Assembly: GCA_963718905.1 (NCBI GenBank)
Contig: CAVRAF010000006.1
Span: 185,248-249,247, forward strand
DNA: 64,000 bases
Source: an uncultured Pseudomonadota bacterium
GTDB taxonomy: Bacteria > Pseudomonadota > Gammaproteobacteria > Burkholderiales > Casimicrobiaceae
Direction: 5' to 3'
Both the position numbers and the translations under genes were made by a program. Shown piece after piece: positions 57,545-64,000 of the stretch (positions are counted from its first letter, which is position 1; each line of letters opens with the position of its first letter). A model generated the notes under the pieces. That model saw only the letters and a program-made list of their open reading frames with translations, was not told the DNA's origin and did no database searches.

Positions 57545-60163
57545 CTAAAGCGGGGCGTGATAATTTGTTTGGATGTAGTTTTTTAGGTACGTCGAGGTTG
57601 CGTCGAAACACCCTTGCATCGCTTCCAGTTTGGGTCCAAGTTGCTTGGTGGAAAAGGTGTCGGCGGATGACTCAAGCTCGACGGCCAAGGCCGCGAGTTC
57701 GGTCGCTCCGATACTGACAGCTGCCCCTTTCAGAGCGTGCATCAGGTCCGGAAGATCGTCGGTTTGGCCGGCCATGATGCATCGGTGTGCCTTCGCAAGT
57801 ATCATTTCGACATCGCGAGTAAATCCGTGGATGAGTTCCGTAAGAAATGAAGGGTCCCTTCCGATGTCTTCAAGTTGTGCGAGACGAGCCGGGTCAACGA
57901 GACCATTTAGCGCGTCTTCGCGAGCACTGGGAATAGCACGCTCATTTCGATCGAGGCGCCGAGAAACGCGGATTTTTCGACTTGTTCCAGGAAACTGCTT
58001 TACTTCGGCGAGTTGGGTCTTCGTTTCGGACGTCGTACGAATATTTGCTCGCGCTGTGCGCTTTCCTAGGCGATCAATAAGCTGAATCAGCGTCACCGCG
58101 TCAAAGGGCTTCCCAACAAATTCATCGGCGCCCGCCTTCTTCGCGCGATCCTTTGCTTCGGGCGTCACTGATGCGGAGAGAATTAAGGCCGGCATTCTGA
58201 CGCCCGGTGGTTCCATCACCCGTATTGCCTGGATAACCTCGATCCCAGTCCGATGCGGCATGTTGAAATCCAGGATCGCGAGATCCGGCTGCTCCTTTTC
58301 ATACAAATCCAGCGCCTCTTCGCCATCTGACGCCAGAACGACTTCGTAGCCCGCGCTCTCGAGCATTTGCGAAATTATCGTTTGATTCGTAGCGTTGTCT
58401 TCAGCGACGAGCACCTTAAGCGATAGCCGCTCACGCTTCAGCTCCGTCCCTAGATCGGCTAGGTCGTCAGCGGTACGCTCAACCCCCGCGGTAACAGCAT
58501 GGATCGCATTTGACAAAAGCTTTGGGGTTGCATACTCCAAAGCAAAGGCACCCTTGATGCTGTTCACTCTTGCCTTGTCAACTACCGACAGTTCGCCGTT
58601 GGCGACGTAAATCAACGCAACTGGATGATCAGCGAGGCGCTGTGAGGCTATGGAAAACACGGAGCAAGCTTGGTCGATGTTGCAAGCGGCGATGATCGTT
58701 CGAATTGGAACCCCCGATCCAAGCAGCGTGTCTATTCGATTGCCGATCGGCGTAATCGGAGTCAAGATTTCGTAACGCTCGCCCATTGAGCGAATCGCGG
58801 ATGTCACTCGCGCTAATCCAGCGCTTGCGACGATAAGAGTGATGCCCTCATTTGTTATATGAGTCCCCGCAGAGCTCGCCTCTGAATACTCCGTTTCGGT
58901 GGCTGGCGCGTCTCTCAGCAGCGGAAGCTCCACCCAAAAGGTACTTCCCTGTCCCAAAGCACTGTTCACACCTATGCTTCCACCCATCAATTCAGCGAGC
59001 TGCTTCGCGATGGTAGTGCCTAGTCCAGTGCCGCCGTACTTGCGTGTAGTTGATTGGTCGGCCTGAACAAATCGCTCGAAGATCTTCGCGCAGGCATCCG
59101 GCGCGATTCCGATGCCCGTATCCTTCACCTCGAATCGCACAGTCACTCCTTGCGGAGTCTCTTTGTTGAGATCCACTGTGAGTGTGACTTCGCCCCGCTC
59201 GGTAAATTTAATTGCATTCCCCAGGAGGTTCAGAAGGATCTGCCGGAGATGATGTGAATCGCCTTTCAATCGATATTCAAGAGCTGGATCGATAACGGCG
59301 CGCAGCGTAAGACCCTTGGATTGAGCATGCGGACGCAGGAGTTGAACTAGGCCGTTGATCGAGGAGTGGAGATCGAATGGGGTGACCTCGATGGTCAATC
59401 GCCCTGCTTCGATCTTGCTAATGTCGAGGACATCATCGACGAGTGATCTCAATACGGAGATCGAATGGCGCATTAACGATACAAGCTCAAGCTGCTGAAC
59501 TGACAGACTGGTCGTCTTTAGCAGGTCAACGACGCCGACAATTCCATTCAAAGGCGTGCGCATCTCATGGCTCATATTCGCCAGGAAGGACGTCTTTGCT
59601 AGGCTGGCTTCTTCGGCTTTGGCGCGCGCTTCCTGAATGCGCTCAAGAAGAGCGACGATGTAAAGTGGCAAGACAATGAGAGTGATGAGCAGACCGATTC
59701 CGCCAGAACGGTGTGCTTGCCAGTACGGGACCGATAGGAGGACGTAGAAGAATCCGGTCAGACACAGAAACTGACTTGCAAAGAGGTAGCGCCGTCCGTA
59801 ACGAAAACCGTTCCCAAACGTGACGAACAAGTAGACACCAATCATTGCAAAGCCATACTCACCGGCAACTGACATGTACCAGGTTGCGCTGGCATTGTCG
59901 GTCAGCATTCCAAGAAGACGTCGAGGTACATTCGCCGTCGGCCACGCACATATCGCGGCAAAGATGGCGACCCCGATAAGGAGAATCGCTCCGATTACTA
60001 GGACGGTGGTCCGATCGGAGGTAGACAGAGTCTCCGGTGCGGTGTGAAAGAGGGCCACATACGCCAACAAGGCGCCGACGATGATTATGCGAAGGGCCGC
60101 TTGTTCATGCTCACTGTCAGGGCGGACATGGAGTCGGGCCTTCAACCGGCTAAGAAGGGTCAT
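57545..60163 (-). CDS. rpfC: RpfC-like hybrid sensor kinase (5TM-HisKA-HATPase-REC-HPt)
   Basis: PDSEHEQA..RI, TFGNGFRYG, FLANMSHEMRTPLNG, GGTGLGTTI, DFNMP, HALKGAA. Confidence 0.88.
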   Translation of the reverse strand: MTLLSRLKARLHVRPDSEHEQAALRIIIVGALLAYVALFHTAPETLSTSDRTTVLVIGAILLIGVAIFAAICAWPTANVPRRLLGMLTDNASATWYMSVAGEYGFAMIGVYLFVTFGNGFRYGRRYLFASQFLCLTGFFYVLLSVPYWQAHRSGGIGLLITLIVLPLYIVALLERIQEARAKAEEASLAKTSFLANMSHEMRTPLNGIVGVVDLLKTTSLSVQQLELVSLMRHSISVLRSLVDDVLDISKIEAGRLTIEVTPFDLHSSINGLVQLLRPHAQSKGLTLRAVIDPALEYRLKGDSHHLRQILLNLLGNAIKFTERGEVTLTVDLNKETPQGVTVRFEVKDTGIGIAPDACAKIFERFVQADQSTTRKYGGTGLGTTIAKQLAELMGGSIGVNSALGQGSTFWVELPLLRDAPATETEYSEASSAGTHITNEGITLIVASAGLARVTSAIRSMGERYEILTPITPIGNRIDTLLGSGVPIRTIIAACNIDQACSVFSIASQRLADHPVALIYVANGELSVVDKARVNSIKGAFALEYATPKLLSNAIHAVTAGVERTADDLADLGTELKRERLSLKVLVAEDNATNQTIISQMLESAGYEVVLASDGEEALDLYEKEQPDLAILDFNMPHRTGIEVIQAIRVMEPPGVRMPALILSASVTPEAKDRAKKAGADEFVGKPFDAVTLIQLIDRLGKRTARANIRTTSETKTQLAEVKQFPGTSRKIRVSRRLDRNERAIPSAREDALNGLVDPARLAQLEDIGRDPSFLTELIHGFTRDVEMILAKAHRCIMAGQTDDLPDLMHALKGAAVSIGATELAALAVELESSADTFSTKQLGPKLEAMQGCFDATSTYLKNYIQTNYHAPL

Positions 60164-60625
60164 CGGATTCCAAGCTTTGGGTCGTACTCGACCAGATTAA
60201 GCAACGTTCATACCATGCTGGCGACGAAACGGTGCCGTCTCGTCCAATACAATCAAATTTAGGCACCATTTCCCCGCCGTAGTCCGTTGCACGGCGTTCA
60301 GAACGGTGAATGTTTATGTTTAAGAACAATGACTAAGCATAACACCATGATAGTTTAGGCATCGGCCATGCGCGATTGAGAAATGAAGCAGTTCCTGGGT
60401 TTTGCTCGGGTCAAGCGGATCCGTATCTATTCAAATATGGGTAATTCGTGAACACCTGCAAATCGCCCAAAAAAAGATCGCACCTTGTCCGCGCGAGAGC
60501 AAGCGCAAGCGGCAACTCCCTCTCATAGGACAGGCGATAGCGCATTATCGGAACTGTCATAATTGACGGGGATGGTAGCGTTTTTCCCGTGACTGGCCGA
60601 CTCATTGTAGCAAGTACTTGATTAT

Positions 60626-61382
60626 ATGAAAATTATCGTCCCAACCAAGCGAGTCATCGATTTCAACGTAAAGGTTCGCGTCAAGGCCGGACGGTACCGG
60701 CGTCGACACCGCCAACGTCAAGATGTCGATGAATCCCTTCGACGAGATTGCGGTCGAGGAAGCCGTGCGCCTGAAAGAGAAGGGCGTGGCGACGGAAGAT
60801 GGTCGCCGTATCGTGCGGCGCCACGGCCTGCCAGGAGACGCTGCGAACCGCGTTGGCGCTCGGTGCCGATCGGGCGATCCTGGTCCAGACGGACACGGAG
60901 TTGCAGCCGTTGGCCGTCGCCAAGTTGCTGCGCGCGGTGGTCGACAAGGAAGCACCGCGGCTGGTCATCCTCGGCAAGCAGGCGATCGACGACGATGCCA
61001 ATCAGACCGGGCAGATGCTGGCGGCGCTGCTCGACTGGCCGCAGGCGACGTTCGCGTCGAAGGTTGACATCGGCGATACCAAGGCGACGGTCAAGCGCGA
61101 GGTCGACGGCGGCTTGGAGACGGTCGAGGTCGACCTGCCGGCCGTCATCACGACCGATCTGCGCCTCAACGAGCCGCGCTACGCCACGCTCCCCAACATC
61201 ATGAAGGCGAAGAAGAAGCCGCTGGAGATCGTTGACGCCCGATGCGCTGGGTGTGGACATCGCGCCGCGCCTCACGACGATGAAGGTCGACGGAGCCGCC
61301 CAAGCGCAAGGGCGGCGGCCGGGTCGCGGACGTCAAGGAGCTCGTCGCGAAGCTGCGCAACGAGGCCAAGGTATTGCCGTAG
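60626..61382 (+). CDS. etfB: Electron transfer flavoprotein beta subunit (frameshifted)
   Basis: [45 protein letters not shown]. Confidence 0.95.
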
Positions 61383-61461
61383 CCGACGGGCCTAGCGGAT
61401 CGCAGCGTTCGCTGCCATCGTGAGCGCGCGCGAATCACGGCTCGAGCGTGGAAGGTCATCG

Positions 61462-62410
61462 ATGTCAGTCCTGGTCATCGCCGAGCACGACAACGCCTCG
61501 CTGAAGTCGGCGACGCTGCATGCGATCGCCGCGGCGAGCAAGATCGGCGGCGACGTCCACGTGCTGGTCGCCGGTCATGCGCAGGAGTGGCGCCGCGACC
61601 GCCGCGGCGTCCGTTTCAGGCGTCACCAAGGTGTTGAAGGCGAGCGCGCCGTATCTCGAGCGACCCACCGCGGAAAACATTGCGGCAACCGCGTTGCAGA
61701 TCATCGCCGCCGGCAGGTACAGCCACGTGCTCGCGCCCGCGACCAGCTTCGGCAAGAACATCGCGCCGCGCATTGCCGCCACGCTCGACGTCGCGCAGGT
61801 CTCCGACATCACCGCGCATCGAGGCGCCCGATACGTTCGTGCGCCCGATCTACGCCGGCAATGCATTCGCCACCGTGCGCTCGGCCGATGCGATCAAGGT
61901 CATCACCGTGCGCGCGACGGCGTTCGACGCGGCGCCCGCGACCGGCGGCAACGCAACCATCGAGGACGTGGCGCCGGCCGCCGAGGTCGACCTCGGCCAA
62001 GGTCGTCGGGCAGGAGCTCACCAAGTCGGAACGGCCCGAGCTGACCAGCGCTCGCGTCGTGGTCTCGGGCGGGCGCGGCATGGCCAGCGGCGAGAACTTC
62101 CAGCCTGCTGGAAGCGCTGGCCGACAAGCTGAATGCGGCGATCGGCGCCTCGCGCGCTGCGGTCGACGCGGGCTACGTGCCGAACGACTACCAGGTCGGG
62201 CAGACCGGCAAGATCGTCGCGCCCGACTTGTACATTGCCGTGGGCATTTCGGGCGCGATCCAGCACCTCGCCGGCATGAAGGACAGCAAGGTGATCGTGG
62301 CCATCAACAAGGATGCCGAGGCGCCGATATTCCAGATCGCCGACTACGGCCTCGTCGGCGACCTGTTCGAGATCATTCCAGCGCTGACCGCCGAACTCTC
62401 GTCTTCGTAG
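61462..62410 (+). CDS. etfA: Electron transfer flavoprotein alpha subunit (frameshifted)
   Basis: [41 protein letters not shown]. Confidence 0.95.
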
Positions 62411-63151
62411 TTCGCGAGTGCTCGGTTCGATCAGCACCGCCTAGGAGCACCGCCATGGCGCGATCGATTTGATCAACCGTTCGCTGGTGCTCAACCGAGC
62501 TTCGCTTGTTGTTCGATGGAGAGCGGTATTGTGGGGACCGCCGTTGTATCGATCGGTCAGCTAATCACTGACTTGCGACGTTTGCCAATCCCAAAGTCAA
62601 TTGCGCCCAGGCACGTCTATGGCACACCCATTTAACTTAGTCGCAAGGTTCGTCAACCGCGACTTTCAAAAGAGACTGTTATTAAAGGACCTGCTTCAGC
62701 AGCGTCAAGAGGTCGTTTGGGTTTCTTCGGAAGCAAGCCAGTTGTCCGCGCCGGAATGCAACGACGTCGGTTCTAGTTCGGTCAGCAGTGCTTGCCCTCC
62801 AGAGCGGCTCGCACTAAATGCCCGGGCAATCGTCCAGGTCGCTACGAACCAGTGGCGCTGCGGGTGCCCATTCCCCGCCGCTGCGGCAAGCTCCCGAATG
62901 ACGGCGCTACCGCCAATAGGTTGAAGAACGGCAGAACATGCGGCCGATTGACGTGCGTCGCCGCTAAGCAAGGATGTAGCCAGCGTGTGGATGAGGCTAT
63001 GAACGATCCGACCCAAAGCGGCAATGGCGTGTAGGGCCACCGCGGCTGGAGTCAGCCGCACCTCGGACGAAAAGCGCTCTCGCGCGTAGGGCCTCATCTG
63101 GCGCACCTCGACTGAGGGAAGCGGCGCAGTCGGCGTTCAGCCCGTCGGAAG

Positions 63152-63984
63152 CTACACGCTTTCGGCGAACCCGATGCAGTGAACATGGACCGGCTGGTCG
63201 AATCCCTTGAGCGCAACCGGACCGACGTCCCTGAACGGCAGCGACTTGCCGATGCAGAGCTCCGCAACCGCGTTCGACACCAGGATCTGCTCGGGATCGG
63301 CATGAGCGCACAGTCGCGCAGCCAGTTGCACCGTCGAGCCGAAAAGGTCGTTGTGGTGCTCGATCGGCTCTCCCGCGGCCACCCCGATGCGCACCTGAAG
63401 CGGCTGATCGGGATGCTCGTTGCGGTGCTGCGAAATACCGGTGTGCACGTTGATTCCGCAACGAATCGCGGAAGCCGCCGAAACGAACACCGCCATGATC
63501 CCGTCCCCGGTGTGCTTCACCTCGCGCCCGTGCGTCGCGGTCAGCGCCGCGCGCACGATGCGATCGTGCACGTCGAGGATGGCGAGTGCCAGCTCGTCGC
63601 CGAGGTGCTGCGTCATGCTCGTCGAGCCCACGATGTCCGTGAATAGCACCGTGCGCGTGCCGGGGTCGCGGTCGACGTTCCCCGGAAGAAGCGCCGCGCC
63701 TCCCTTGTCGACCTCCGCCGCACCCATGAAGACGTCGGCAAGGTCGGGCGTTACCTCCATGATTCGCGCGGCCGTCAAGCCGTGGGCTTCATGGTGACGG
63801 CGTCGGCAGCTTCGGCGCTCGGCGCATTACACAGGCAGAAGATTTTTCCCTGCTTCTCGTTCAGCCAGTACTTGACGTATTCCACGCCGTGCTTGGCTTG
63901 AATATGCTGGTCCATCATGTGCGCGTTGGCGACGGCATCCGCGGTAACGCCGGGCACGTCGTGGATGTCCATGTACAAGGGCAT
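63152..63984 (-). CDS. DUF4242 (SCO4226-like) domain fused to class III nucleotide cyclase (frameshift near 63795)
   Basis: MPLYMDIH..AH..D, KIFCL..AP, HEAHG; LFTDIVGST, KHTGDG, DLFGSTVQLAAR. Confidence 0.88.
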
Positions 63985-64000
63985 GAGCGACTTCTCCGAT

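Noticed and set aside
179-62410. Many frameshifts (FAD oxidoreductase, M61, MDR, GST, TIR-TPR, aat, etfB, etfA) as programmed recoding or mass pseudogenisation
   Set aside because: They hit housekeeping genes, lack slippery motifs or accumulated stops, and fit long-read indel errors.
62411-63150. ORFs or ncRNA in the gap after etfA
   Set aside because: No recognisable motifs, RBS or convincing structure; left unannotated.

Overview
High-GC betaproteobacterial-type DNA (Burkholderiales-like core genes; taxon is an inference) with many single-base indels that look like long-read errors. Core-like genes sit at 1-3950 (FAD oxidoreductase, PhaM-like, M61 peptidase) and 53000-62400 (tRNA-Arg(CCT), Gfo/Idh/MocA, aat-bpt, etfBA). 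Between them lies a ~49 kb patchwork of unrelated one- to three-gene modules and gene fragments that ends at the 3' end of the tRNA. No integrase, intact transposase, CRISPR array or rRNA is visible. Main signals: (1) a family of degenerate ~17-bp inverted motifs (ATGTCCGCTTCTGGCCG ... CGACCC-N6-GACATT) in eight intergenic junctions, in one orientation and with conserved spacing, suggesting a cassette-like gene-capture platform; (2) a PEP-CTERM protein plus TIGR02466-like 2OG-Fe(II) oxygenase with its own sigma-54 promoter and enhancer-like site, bracketed by a 17-bp direct repeat; (3) a lower-GC rpfF/rpfC DSF quorum-sensing insert with no adjacent rpfG/rpfB, in a window that also carries an AHL-acylase-like enzyme; (4) a TorF porin under KdpE-like boxes followed by a ptsN pseudogene missed by the ORF track. 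All family calls come from reading the sequence; no searches were run.
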